A DNA stretch of 64,000 nt. It comes from Takakia lepidozioides (lineage: Eukaryota; Plantae; Bryophyta). Under the pieces are notes generated by a model. That model made no database searches and had not been told where the DNA came from. It worked only from the letters and a program-made list of their open reading frames with translations. How positions within the stretch are numbered: the stretch's first letter is position 1; each line of letters begins with the position of its first letter. The translations under genes were made by a program, and so were the position numbers. Where the stretch lies: contig CM060731.1 in NCBI GenBank assembly GCA_030704615.1, positions 16,182,001 through 16,246,000 on the forward strand, written 5' to 3'. Below, piece by piece: positions 12,247-24,400 of this stretch.

Positions 12247-13635
12247 TTACTCGATGCAAATTCCCAACTGTACCCCACAGTGGATATGAACACGCACATG
12301 AGGAAGCAAATCAGCCTTGTATGCCAATTGTTTGTCCTCATCAGGTGGTGGCCTATCATGTGCATGGCTATTGCCCTCCAAGAGCTCACCACCCCAAGCC
12401 ACCACCCCTGAGAATGTAGCAAATGTGGGCATCATGTTCCTATGATCCACTGCTACATTCCCAATAAACCGCACTGGGAGCAGTGCACGTCGACCATCCC
12501 CTGACTGCCATTCCGGCCTGTAGGATATCATTTCCTCCCAAAAGTCCAAAGTAAAGCCCATCGGGTATAACACAGCCCCACCAACAAACACATCATAAGA
12601 CATCGCGTCTGTAACAATGGCTTTAGCTCTCATGACAGAGCCATCTGTAGGATGATCTGGCTGCAATCGAATAAAGAGCTCATGGCGTGTAATCCCTCGT
12701 GTCTTCTCTGAACCGCCCAAAGATGTTTGAATTTGGAAAGGACAAGGCTCCAAATCCGTCTCTGTAAGGCCCAAGCCTGCAATTGCTGCTCTCCCCAACA
12801 TCAATGGTTGTGCTCCCGAGTCCAACAAGACCCACAGTGGCCTATACCTCCTCCCGGTTGGGCCATCCAATTGAAACACTCCGTCCTGATTGTCCACCAG
12901 GACTACCCCAGGAGTCACCATGTTGCGCTCAATGGCTGGCCTAGTTGGTAACTCCTGCAACCTTGCAGCTGCCGCTTGCCATGGCGCAGCTGTGGCTGAC
13001 TTCACCCTTGAATCCAAAGCATCCATAGACTGCACCTTATTTGCTATCTCTGCAGATAGTACCAATGCATCACCATTCTCACAGAGTTTAGCTGCTAGTC
13101 TGAACACAGCAGCTGGCCGAATCCCCGGCATTGCAATGGTCATTGCAGAAAACAATGGAGCTTGGCAAACCACCATAGCCACCCCCAACAATGTACTGGC
13201 TGCACCTTGTTTTCCAGTATCATCCACTGGCATCCCCCGAGCCATGCCAACTCTTCCGATTGGCACTCTTGCAGGCTCTACCTCTGACACACTTGGACGA
13301 GCCAGCACCATTGATGGTGTGGTTGGCATTGTCTCAACCAATGTGGAAAGACTGGGGAAGCCTTGTCTGTCGACTTGTTTCCCCTCAAAATCCACATCCG
13401 CTCCTCTTGGCTCAGGAGCACGCGTTGCTGCTCGTGTGACAGCAGCAGCAGAGTCCAATACCTGCAATGGCCCTGCAAGTGCGGCTCCACACATGAAGCC
13501 CATACCAATCTGATCTTCTCTAGGCATAGGAGGTTGTGCATGTGGGGCTTGAACCTCAAGCCTTGGAGCTGGCGCAACATAAGTAGTGGCAATGGCAGCA
13601 AGACGTTGCTCTAGCTGGGCAAGTCTATCCACCAT
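12247..13635 (-). CDS. Retroviral-type aspartic protease region of pol
   Basis: VLLDSGAQPLMLG active-site motif and SYDVFVGGAVLY second motif. Confidence 0.85.
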   Translation of the reverse strand: MVDRLAQLEQRLAAIATTYVAPAPRLEVQAPHAQPPMPREDQIGMGFMCGAALAGPLQVLDSAAAVTRAATRAPEPRGADVDFEGKQVDRQGFPSLSTLVETMPTTPSMVLARPSVSEVEPARVPIGRVGMARGMPVDDTGKQGAASTLLGVAMVVCQAPLFSAMTIAMPGIRPAAVFRLAAKLCENGDALVLSAEIANKVQSMDALDSRVKSATAAPWQAAAARLQELPTRPAIERNMVTPGVVLVDNQDGVFQLDGPTGRRYRPLWVLLDSGAQPLMLGRAAIAGLGLTETDLEPCPFQIQTSLGGSEKTRGITRHELFIRLQPDHPTDGSVMRAKAIVTDAMSYDVFVGGAVLYPMGFTLDFWEEMISYRPEWQSGDGRRALLPVRFIGNVAVDHRNMMPTFATFSGVVAWGGELLEGNSHAHDRPPPDEDKQLAYKADLLPHVRVHIHCGVQLGICIE

Positions 13636-13737
13636 GCTTTGGTCATGACCTTGACCCTGACCCTGTGCTCTTTGGTTTTGGTTACGACCTCCACCACGAC
13701 CTCTGCCTCCTCTACCTCTCTGGACTACATTGCCTCG

Positions 13738-14952
13738 TCATCGGCCACCATTGTTCCCTTGGAACTGGTCTGGCCGTAGTTCAGGATGCAAGCCATAACA
13801 ATGGGCCTCCTCATGCCCATACTTTCCACAATGCCAACACTGTAGTTGTGTAGGCTGTGCCTCTGCCGGCCCTTTGCCTCTCTCCGGGCAATCTTTCTTG
13901 ACATGGGGTCCTCCACAATCCCAACATGACACACTCGTTTGTTGCTGGCCTGAGAATGAAGGGAGAGACCTCTGAATGTGAGATCCTCTATGGCCTTCCC
14001 TAGGCTTCATCTGAGCCCCCTTGTTGCCTTGAGCACGTTGGGGAGTTGGTTGTTGTTGGCTAGGAACTCCACTTCGTTGTGTCTCCTTACCAAATCCCAC
14101 CATTAGTACCCATTCCTCCACCATATTGAGTTCTATCCGCTCTGCCAGCAAAAACACATTTGCTAAGGTGGGTTGGGCTACTTGTAAGAGAGTTGCATCC
14201 CGCACCCTTCTCCTCAGCTCCTTGTCCAGGATCCCATACCAGAATTGGACTGCTTGAGCTTCTGTAACCCCTTGGGTTACGTTTATCAAGCGCCTCATGC
14301 GAGTGTAAGCCTTCCTCAAACTCTCAATAGACCTTCGTTGGAACTCTTGCAAGCTCCGCAACTTCTCTGTCATTATCCCTTGGTAGTTTCTCCTCAACTC
14401 CTCGAAGAACTCCACAACTGGGTTAAAGGCAGGCACGGGTGCTGGTGCTGCAGTAGGAGCTTGAGTGGATTTCCCAGCTCTTGTACCACTTGTCCCACTA
14501 CTAATGTTTGCAGTTAGAGATGTTTGTGTAGCTGCTGGTGTCGCCGCTGCCCTTGTGCCTCTAGTGATGGAGACATAGTTAGGTGATCAATACTCTCGCC
14601 ACTCCTCAATCTCCACCGCATGTCCCCGCCTAAATTCATGGTAATCATCCATGGGCGGCCCCTCAAGGTGCTGGTATAGCCCCTTCCACGCCATAAAAGG
14701 CGTAAACAGTTGTGGATTGCGCATTTGCTACAAATCACACCAACTGTCAAACTTTTGTATGAAGTCATCAAGCTCGATGGTGCCCACAGCTCCAGAGTAC
14801 CTACGTGGCCCCTTGGTAGCTCCATACATCTCTTCCATCGTGTCCCACAACAATGGCACGGAAATGACTTGCACCCTCGGCGAGAATCCTCCTGACTCCG
14901 AGTCTGAACCTTCCTTAGAAGACACTGAAGGTGAAGGTGGCCTAAGCCGCAC
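13738..14952 (-). pseudogene. Gag with zinc knuckles (disrupted)
   Basis: ORFs 14728..14952 and 13738..14436; CWDCGGPHVKKDC and CWHCGKYGHEEAHC knuckles. Confidence 0.85.
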
Positions 14953-16107
14953 ACCTCATCTTGTGTACCCACTAGTATTGCCGGTGCTCGTACCGGCACT
15001 CCCCTCAACAACTGGTGGCACCTCCGTGATGAAATCTCACAACCCAACCGGTTGTCAACCTGTCTCTAATCCCCACTTTCTACAAGGTAACCGGGTAGAG
15101 AACCTGTTGCGGCCTATGGCTTAGACTAATACTACGTTCGTAACATAAACCTACACCTGCACCTGCATCCACCGCAAGCACTCATATGGTCTGCTGGTCA
15201 TTAACCCAGCCTCACCATAAGAGAAACAATGATGGTATGACTGGTCATCACCCCAGCCTCACCACCGACAGCACGCTCTAGGATTGGCCGGTGATCAAAT
15301 CCAGACCAACCTCCTATGAAAACAAGCGCCCACACAAAACTGACATATGAACACAATGAACTTGCTCACTTCACCTTCTTGCTCTCCTCAAGCTTAAATT
15401 GAAAGCCACACTTGGAAAGCATGCTCCACACATGCGCCACTTGCTTGGTCAATCACTTGCTTCACCAAGAGCAATCCAAGAACTCATAGAACTAGCAAAA
15501 GCACTCCCTTCTAGCGCCGCCTTCGCTTGCTTGTTTGTCAACCAAATGAAACCCCACTTGGCTTCATTTCACCATGGATAGAACAACCACTTCTTAGCTT
15601 CTCTTGAGCTACTCAATCCTCCTCAAGCTACCCTTGTTGTACTCCTTCTATGGTGTTTCCAACCCAAGCATGTGCCGCTCTTTGGCTTCTCTTCACACCC
15701 ATAAACAAGTACTAGAGCTTGCTCTTGAAACCTTAGTGTTTATCTTCTCCACACACAAGGCGCTTCTCTTGTGATACAAGAGCTCTTTTCCAAGCTCTCA
15801 AACCCTTAGTGCACATACAAGCACTTACCTTGCAAAACCATGCAAGCTTTATGATACAAGAGCTCTCTCCTTAAGCTCTCCACCTCTGCAAAGTCTTGTA
15901 ACTCAAGAGCTCTCTCCTTGAGCTCTCCACCTCATTGATTGATGCAATGAAAAAACACTCCTCCTTGCAACACCTTGCAAGCCTTGTGAGATACTTGAGC
16001 TTTCTTACCTCTCTCACTCCTTAGTGTACACCAACACAAGTGCTAAAACTAATCCTTACACTCCGCACTCACAAGCATAAGGTGATCTTCTTGTAGTGAT
16101 AATGGAA

Positions 16108-16462
16108 GTGAACACACAATGGAACACTCCACTCATGAATCCACTCAATCACATAAACTAAGTCAAGCCAAGGGCACCTTTGCTAAAAGAATCCACCCTA
16201 CAAAGCCCTCACCACACTCCCTCTCAATACCTAGAGCTATGGAGGTGGGAGAGGCTCATGGAGGCTCAACTACAAGAAGATGAGCCCTCCTCAACCCTCA
16301 AAGGGGAAAACCCATCCCCATATCCCAAGTGAGGCTTGACACCTCACTTGGCATGTGAGACCAAATGAAGTCCCAACACACAAAATATAAATATAAATAT
16401 CTAAAATGTCCTAGTTAACTAGAAGTAGGTAATTCTAGTTAACCATGACGAAAACCATGACA
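16108..16462. repeat. Terminal repeat B, right copy (element 5' end)
   Basis: Near-identical to 6942-7297; not preceded by an A copy; followed by TSD AGAG. Confidence 0.93.
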
Positions 16463-16466
16463 AGAG

Positions 16467-17424
16467 CCATGTCCTTGCTCATGACTTGTGTAGTCACACT
16501 GACTGCCTTGAGCTTAGCTTGAAACCGTTCAATTGGGTCTTGAAGAAGGGTGCCAAATTGGGACCATGACGTTTTCAGCCCTTGTTTAAAGGAGGGGATC
16601 TTTAGGAGAGAAGTATTAAGTTTGTAGATACCTTTACATCTGGACTGGGTATTAGGGATTTTTAGAGAGGCTGAAATGAATGCATGGTCGAAACCTTGCA
16701 AGATTGGGGTTTGAGGGTTTCTAGTGATCCATTGGACAATGTTTAGGGAGCAGTAAAAACTGTCTAGCATTTGAAGATCTGGTAAGTTTCTGTTGTTTGA
16801 CCAGGTGAAGGTCGGAAGCTAGGATGATAGCGGCACGTTATGGGAAATTGAAATAGCTTCCACCAGATTGTGCGAATGAGAGAGGTTGTTCCAGTTGTCC
16901 ATTTCCAGTGTAGTTGGGTTGAAAGCAGAAGGGCATCTCCGATCCTCTGGGGCTTCGACCATGTTGAAGTCTCCCATGATCACCCAACTGTCCACGAAGT
17001 CAACTTCTTTCAGCTTGTTGTCAAGGGCAGTCCAGAAGTCTGCCCTTTCAGCGGTCGAGTTGGGTGTATAGATGTTAACGATGCCTAGTGTTCCTGCGTT
17101 GTTGGGAAGGTCGAGGGCACAATATTGGGCCCTTTCCCAGAACCCATGAAGCCTCGCAACAGAGGCGGGAGTGAAGAGAGGGAGGAGGATTGATGTTCCC
17201 CCTCTTGAACCTGTGGATGTTGGTTTCCAGAGAGAGTTGCTGATTGGCCATAAATGATCAGTGTGCTGGGAAATTTTCTGGGTATCTAGTTTGTGTTCTT
17301 GAAAGGAAATGATGGCATCCTGCCGGAGCATTGGCTGCAGCCAGTCTCTAAGCCTGACGCTTTTTAGGGAGTCTGGGCCTTGCCCCAACCCCCTGATGTT
17401 CCACGATGATAAGCTAATCAACAT
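16467..17424 (-). pseudogene. LINE ORF2 apurinic-type endonuclease domain (frameshifted)
   Basis: ORFs 16819..17481 and 16435..16770 with SWNIRGLG, NIYTPNS, WVIMGDFNMVE, DHAFI, YKLNTSLL. Confidence 0.88.
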
Positions 17425-18269
17425 GTGGGTGGAATAGAAGGCTGAGGGTGTTAATCTCATTCGATGGCCCAGGGGTATCATAGAAAAGGCAGACCCTACG
17501 ATCTGTCGGGAGGAGAGACTAGAGTTGACCTAGTGAAAGGCAGGGGGGGTTTGGGTAGAACCTTCTTGAATTTGATTATAACCACATTGGTTGGGGGCAA
17601 ATGGGGCAGCACTACTATAGATTAACGTTTTTATGACTACGGGTGATATAAACCTTGGTAATCATGACTATATGTGTGACTACGAAGTGATGAAACCCAT
17701 TGTTGGGCGAATTTTAATATATTTTAATCTAATGTAGTCATACGTTTTACTACATGACTAGGAGCCGCGGTCAAACAGTGTTGACCAAGAACATAGGCTT
17801 GGTTTATATAACTAGTAGTCATACGCAATACTACACGTCAGACACGTGCCACGTAAGCTTATGACTAAATGACTACACCACTACTACACACTGATGACAT
17901 GTCATATAAGCTTATGACTACATGACTACTGGAGGTTTCACATCTCTGTTTTTATGATTACATCACTACACGTGGCATCTTAAGGCATGTACATGAATGG
18001 GTTCATCCATTGGATGACCTCATCCATCTATCTTAAACGAAGCACTTGTCATATGTGAACATATGTCCATTTGATATTGGCAAAATATTGGACCTGGAGC
18101 TCGAAGCAGTTTGCAGTTTCACTATGTAGTGGCGTGGGCAAATATCACGAAGTAGTAAGTAGCATACTTCATTGAGTCATGCAGTTTGCAGACTTCAAAT
18201 TGACTTGTAATCATCGTCCCTGTTTGCAGTCTTCAAGTGTACAATTTGATACATTCCCCCCTTCATGAC

Positions 18270-20350
18270 ATTGGTATTCGACTATATAACGAGTTCTTTT
18301 AGTGATGTTGAAGCCGGACAAGGTCACAATTGGTTGCGTTTGCAATGAATGTGCGAGCTTGGTAGACCTGAAATTGGACAGCCTCAAAATGGGAATAGTA
18401 TGAGAGGTATTTGTTCTAAACTCTACCTGGGTGGACATGTATTTTGAATGTGGTAGCATCAAGGATGACAAGGGAGTGTTCAATGATATGGCCAAACAAG
18501 ATGTGGTGTCTTGGAATGCAATGATTGCAGGATATGCCCAGCATGGTTGTCATAGGAGGGAGGCCCTACAAGTAATTATAGGCATTCACTATGTCATTTC
18601 CCAAAAAACCACCAACTGCGAGGGCGGCGGTACCTCCATTCTCTTCTCCTCTCTCCCCGTTTGTCGAGGGTTTTTGCCATATAAGAGTCTGTTCATACCA
18701 GTGCATGGTTCTCCCATTCTAATTCCACAGTGAGAATAGAGGCATCTTATGTCAAGAGAGAGGGGGCAAATTTACTTTGGCAATGATGATGGCCTAGATG
18801 AAAAATATGGATTGCTGGTGCAGCTCTAGAGGTCTGTCAGTTGTGGACAAGGAGGATTGATATGCGATTGATATGCCTCCAGTAGCAGCCATATTGTTTG
18901 TTTCACTGTAGGCAGAAACCAAGGCCCATCTGATGCCAAGCTGCCCCATTTAATCCAGCCTGAACCACATAGTTCCTTTCAATCTCTTCCTTCTCTTCAT
19001 TTTTTTTGAAAGGTCTTTTTAAACCGTTTTGCTGGATTGCAGGGTTGTGTGTCATACCCCCCAATTCAACACTCATATTTGATGTTGAGTTTGTGGGCAA
19101 AGCTTAAGAGCCTTGTTTCTCAACGACTACCAGCGAGACATATATCACTGGTAAACATGTCTCTGGGAATTTGCTTTATACTTGCTTTTCAGGGGGGGGG
19201 GGGGGGGATTTAGCAGTTGGCAAAGCTCTAATGGGATGAGGATGTGAAAGTTGGTGTTGGTTTATTTTTCCACTAATGTGTGACACAGAAGTCGTATACT
19301 GGGCACTTCCTTACTAGCTCAGTGGGCTGAAAACTGATTGCACGACTGTTTGAACTCACCTCTCTAATGCTTTGCTTTTCCTGATATGCCATACGCTTGC
19401 CATGACAGCTTGGTCAAGACGAAATAAATCTGCCTGCTTGTGGATATTGGATTGCAAGATTGCCACCACAAGTAAGTGATGTGTACGATATGGTATAATT
19501 GCAGGTCTTCCACCACAACCAAGTGTGTAAGTATTTTACTCGTGAAATAGCTTTGAACCACCAAAAACCTCCCATGTTGGTCACAGTTGACTGGAATTCT
19601 TTAATTTCGTTTTGTGGTTAGGGCAGGGGGTGAAGGCAGACTTGGGGTAGTGTTGCTCATGAAGGACACATCCATACATTGGTGTGGAGGCTATGATGAC
19701 AGCCATAGCCTGACATTGTAAGATTTTGGCAGAATTGCAGTGCAGCAATGTGATAGCGGGTCATTTTCCTGGAGATGAGAGAAAAAAACTAGATAAGATT
19801 ATGATTCAATTGCAAGCTAGAGAGGGGGTGGGGAGCAAGCCAACTGATGTTCCACTGGGATGGTTACAGGTCTCTCAACAATCTGACCACTCAATGGCGA
19901 CAGCAGATGCGAGCGATTCAGAGTGGGTAGAAGGGGTGAAGATGCACAGGGCCAGGTTTGCAGGATATTGCTATGCATGCCACCCCGTCTACAACTCTGG
20001 CAAAGAATTGACAGGATCAAAGCGTGAATTGTACCAATATCAGTCTGGATATTGCCCTGGCGTAGATGTATGCCAAATGTGGCAATATGTTGTTGTAGTT
20101 GAAGCTAGACAAAGGCCCAAGGATGTGGGTATGGGATTTTTTGATATAGGGATATTACTGCAGGTTGCCAGCGATGAAATCAGTGCTAATAGTTGCACAC
20201 TGGAAGATATTAGAAGTGTAGAATGGTGAAGTGCCAAAACTGGGTCACTTCCCAACTTCTGGGTGCCAATGTTTTACAATCTGGATATGAATAAATGGCC
20301 CTACTAGTGGCCAATCCACTAGTGCTTGATCACAACAGCTTATAGCATGG
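18270..20350 (+). pseudogene. Highly degenerate PLS-class PPR gene fragments inside the CACTA element
   Basis: KPDKVT...CASLVDL, VDMYFECGSIKD..GVFNDMAKQDVVSWNAMIAGYAQHG (18431-18550); second MYAKCG-type remnant near 20060-20090. Confidence 0.75.
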
Positions 20351-20722
20351 AGGAATTGTGAGCATATTTGAATATCAATGTTCATTGACAGTTGGTACCC
20401 AAAAAATGTGACTACATGGGGACAGAAGAGTACATTTATTTGGAATGACAGGTAATACATGCACAAGGGTAGCATATCTAATTGCCATCGACTGAATCCG
20501 TGTCTGTGAATATGGAGGTATCTGTGTCATCATCACTGACCATAGCCTCAACGTCGGTGGAGGTATCTGTGTCTTCATGACAGACCTGCTGGTCAACTGG
20601 GGGTTGTACCTCGCGTCGTCGGTATGGGGGTCGGTACAATGAGGCCAGCTGCTCTGGTGTCACTGTCTGAATTCGGTTGTGAGTTCGGCCAGTAGTCAAT
20701 GTCTCTTGTAGTTGTTGTGGAG

Positions 20723-23700
20723 CTAACAGCCTTCAACTCTTCTCAGATCATCAATAGAAATTGAGATATCACACACCACTCTCCGTGATCGGGGGCTCTT
20801 CTCCAATACAACTTTCCATTGTCGTTCCTTCACACACTCAGAGAAAAAGACTTGATCAACCTGTACTGGCAATACAAAAGGCTGTTCAGAGGGTGGTAGC
20901 ATTTGATTGAAATTGACCAACGTGAAGCCACAATCATCTTCCTTCATTGATCTGGGTTGACGACCCCAATTTTGGGCCCGTACCCAGGAGCACAAAAACA
21001 CTACAGGCCGTGTAGTGCCATAGTCAATCTGCAAAATCTCCCTGATAAGACCCACATACCGTACAGATTCCGTCCATGCTTGAAAACTGATGAGACTCCA
21101 CAATCAAAGGATGCCATACTCGATGTGTTCATGCCTGGGGATGTAGCCTGTAATGGTTGCCATATCCTGACATACTTGTATGTCAAGGCATAATATGATG
21201 GGGGTCTTGAAAGATCCAGTAATTCTTGTCGTACGCCATCTTCAAGCACATGTTCTTGAATTCCAGATAGATGTTCCGTACAGCATTTGGCAGCCAAGCA
21301 GCAAATGGAGGACAATCATCCATTTGTGGACTCCTCTTCATATTTCCTGGCACAAAATGTCGAGGCTATTTAGCCAACACAGACTAAGCATGGGGCAGTA
21401 CAAAAAGATCAAATCAACAAAATATTCAGATCTGAAAGGGTGTGGACTTACTTCAACATATCGGATATGCTTGGATGATTTTGAATGATGTAATCGTGTA
21501 CAATAGCATGCAAGTCACCCAATTTCCGAGGTTTGCCGGCTCCTTCCAAAACTACGCCGGCCACAGATTCTTCCTCATCTGCATCCCACACCCTTCGTGC
21601 GGTTCCATCATATCCTGCCATATACTCCGTGCAAAATCCTAGAGCTTCATAAAAAATGTATCCTTGAGCCATGCTGCCCTCGGGTTTTGCCATGTTCCGG
21701 ACGTACCCCTTCATTTCTTTCATTGCCCGCTTCATAATGGGGTACATCCAACGTGATGCCACAGGACCACATAAATCGAGCTCGTCCACTAGGTGGACAA
21801 GCAGATGTGTCATCACATCAAAGAATGATGGTGGGAACTCTTTCTCCATTAGACAGAGAGTAACAACTGCTTCATGTTTCAACTCCTCATACTCTGCAGG
21901 ATTCACTACTTTTGCACACAACCTCCTAAATACACGACATACTCGCAAAATTGTAGTGCGCACACCTGTTGCCATGAGCCCACGAATAGCCAACGGTAAA
22001 ATTTGGTGCATGAACACATGGTAATCATGTGATTTCATGCCAGATAGTTTTTTCTTTACCACGTGTTTTTTGAAAGCTGATGCGTATCCTGTGGGTACTT
22101 TAAGGTTTCGCACAGTGTCCAAGAAAACTTTCAACTCAGCTTCAGTCAGAACATAAGGAGCAGGGCATGATTAACGTATCTGCCCTGTCTGGATGTCGTT
22201 GCAACCACAATGATGGACGCAGCCCAAGTAATTCAAGATCACGCCAAACCTTCAATGTATCTTTCTCCCCAAAAATAGTCTTAATGATATTCTCTGCAAA
22301 GTTCTTCTCGCAATGCATAGCATCAAACGTATGCCATATGAGGAGGCCCTCCCAGTAAGGCAAGGCATATAAGATTGATAATCGCTTCACTCCGTGAGAT
22401 TTGGAAGGGTCTGATGGCGTATCTGGTTTCCCCCCTGCTATCCATGCAATCAGGTCAATTGCACGTTTCTTATGCCGTTTGCGTTTGTGGAGCCACTCTA
22501 TGCTCAACACACCATTGAACAATCTTGATCTTCTATACGGATGGTTGTGGGCAAGAAATCTCCGATGGCCCAGGAACACAGTCTTCGAACATGCATGTAA
22601 ATGCTGTGAATCCACCTCGGGTCCACAGGCTGGACAACCAGCATAACCTTTAGTAACCTGACCCGTGAGCAAGCCATATGCAGGGTAATCATGGATTGAC
22701 CATAGCAGCAATGCCCGTAGCAAGAATTGGCGTTGTTGGAGAGCTTGGGAAACATCGTAAGCTATGATGCCTCTCCACAATTCCTGTAGCTCCTCTACTA
22801 GGGGCATCAAATACACATCAATGTTCGCAGATGTAACAGACTCCTTTCCAGGGATAAGGAGTGCTAACATGACGAAAAACTTCTTGTCATCAACCATGGA
22901 GGCAAATATAGTTGACCAACAGGATGGGCCATGTGCTCCAACTCGTGGATTGAGCACTGTATGGATTTACTCCATCTAAGGCTAATCCAAATCGTACATT
23001 TCGTGGTTCTGAAGCAAAATCCGCAAATGTGGAGTCAACGTGGGCCCAGGCTTTGCTATCAGCTGGATGTCGAACCAATCCATCCTGACTCTATGTCTGA
23101 AGTGCCATGTCATAAGGTGCGCGATTGATTTGCATCGATACATGCGTTTCAACCTTGGGATGACAGGGAAATGTCGTAGTATTTTTGGGTACAGTCCCAC
23201 GACCAGGAATGTAACGCGATGTCTTGCACTCCGGCAAAATTCTGCTTTTTCATTCTCCCCACGGAAGATTCGCAGGCATGGATCTGGGTGTACTGCAATC
23301 CCATCTTCGCAATCATAGTTCTAGCTTCATAATTAGTTTTCGGCAGAGAATTGTTTCGGCAAAAAACTTTTGCGCAACAATCCAAGAAGCTCATCCACAA
23401 AGCCATTGGTGCACTTGTGGGTGGTGCACAAGTTGAGCAAGTGCAAAGTAGCTTCAAATCGGCTGATCGAGCTCCCTTCGTAGAGTTTACACTGAGATTG
23501 TCGAAATAGCGTATCGTAGTTGGGGTCAACTCCGTGACTCAGGTTTGGGCCATTCTCTGCATTCTTTGCATTGTCCATGGATTCTTCCTCGTTGGGGGTC
23601 TTCGGCCCGAGTTCCACCATTAATCGGATCCTCCCTGTTTGCATCCGCAAACTCAAAAGCTTCCTGCAATGCTCGTTGAATTTCTGCCTCCACACCACCT

Positions 23701-24400
23701 TCATGATCCGTATTGTTCTCCCTTTCATTAGGCCCCTGCCCAAACTCAGCCCGATCCTCCTCGTCATCAGAATCAGCATGTCCCTGCATCCCGTGTTTCC
23801 CACGGTTCATTCACAGTATGTAGATTATGACATGTGGACAAATGTAGTCACGGCTATCACTACATCACTTCGATATTGAGCAACGACATTGTGACACATG
23901 GCAGATAGTTCTAGTGACGTAGTCATGTTCCTATATGTGTTTATGACTACACGACTACAACTAGCCAACGACATATCGACATGTGTATAAAGGGCAGTCA
24001 TAGACACAACTACATGACTACAACTCGCCAATCAACTTTCGACATGTGGAGTGGTGAAGTCATGGCTACTACTACCACACCAAAATGGTTTCAAAATTCA
24101 AACTTGGAGATTGCTAAGTCCTGAAGGACAGTGTACTTCTGTGGATGTACCGGAATAGTACAGCTGCGCAAAGTTGGATCCCTCTTATGTTTGAGGTAGT
24201 GCTTCTTCACTCTCCAACAATTGCCATTTGGATCCATGACATTCAGTGCAATTGCAAAGCATTTTCTTGTTCCCATTTGATATGGCGTACGCCTCCTTGA
24301 GTCGCCATAGTCTGTCATCTCGTAATCGCATGCGTGGCTCATATGCACCATGACGGCCGAACATACATTGAACATTCCTAGCTTGACAATGCATGCATGG
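20723..24400 (-). pseudogene. CACTA TnpD transposase (Transpos_assoc, Transposase_21, DUF4218, DUF4216-like parts; multiple frameshifts)
   Basis: LCNCTEC..., RHPADSKAWAHVD...RNVRFGLALDGVNP, WSIHDYPAYG, DAMHCEKN, GMKSHDYHVFM, FPPSFFDVMTHLLVHL, YVGLIREILQIDYG...VVFLCSW. Confidence 0.92.

Larger units (their letters stand above)
6855..16462 (-). mobile_element. Ty3/Gypsy-type retrotransposon with gag-PR-C5 DNA methyltransferase-RT-RNaseH-INT-PHD and split direct repeats
   Basis: TG...CA termini (TGTCATG...CATGACA), 4-bp TSD AGAG (6851-6854, 16463-16466), Gypsy domain order PR-RT-RH-INT. Confidence 0.93.
3351..17609 (-). mobile_element. Degenerate L1/Tx1-like LINE, interrupted by a TIR element (5117-5853) and a Gypsy element (6855-16462), cut at its 5' side by a CACTA end
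   Basis: Poly(A) tail seen as a T-run at 3351-3376; APE endonuclease motifs (SWNIRGL, QEHK, NIYTPN, MGDFN, LDSFY, DH) at 16467-17424; RT motifs (GRYIMDN, LLDFEKAFDKVEW, RQGCPLAP, FVDDT) at 4600-6400; the reading frame rejoins across both insertions (KDMAL|ERSRK and VILLQ|NSSSRVFVNG). Confidence 0.9.

Noticed and set aside
12890-13513. 207-aa plus-strand ORF and similar antisense ORFs (39290..40099, 39987..40625, 29733..30320)
   Set aside because: Shadows of coding or GC-rich sequence on the opposite strand, with no recognisable motifs
16085-16107. tRNA primer-binding site for the Gypsy element
   Set aside because: Sequence after the 5' repeat (TTCCATTATCACTAC...) lacks the TGG start and any recognisable tRNA 3'-end complementarity
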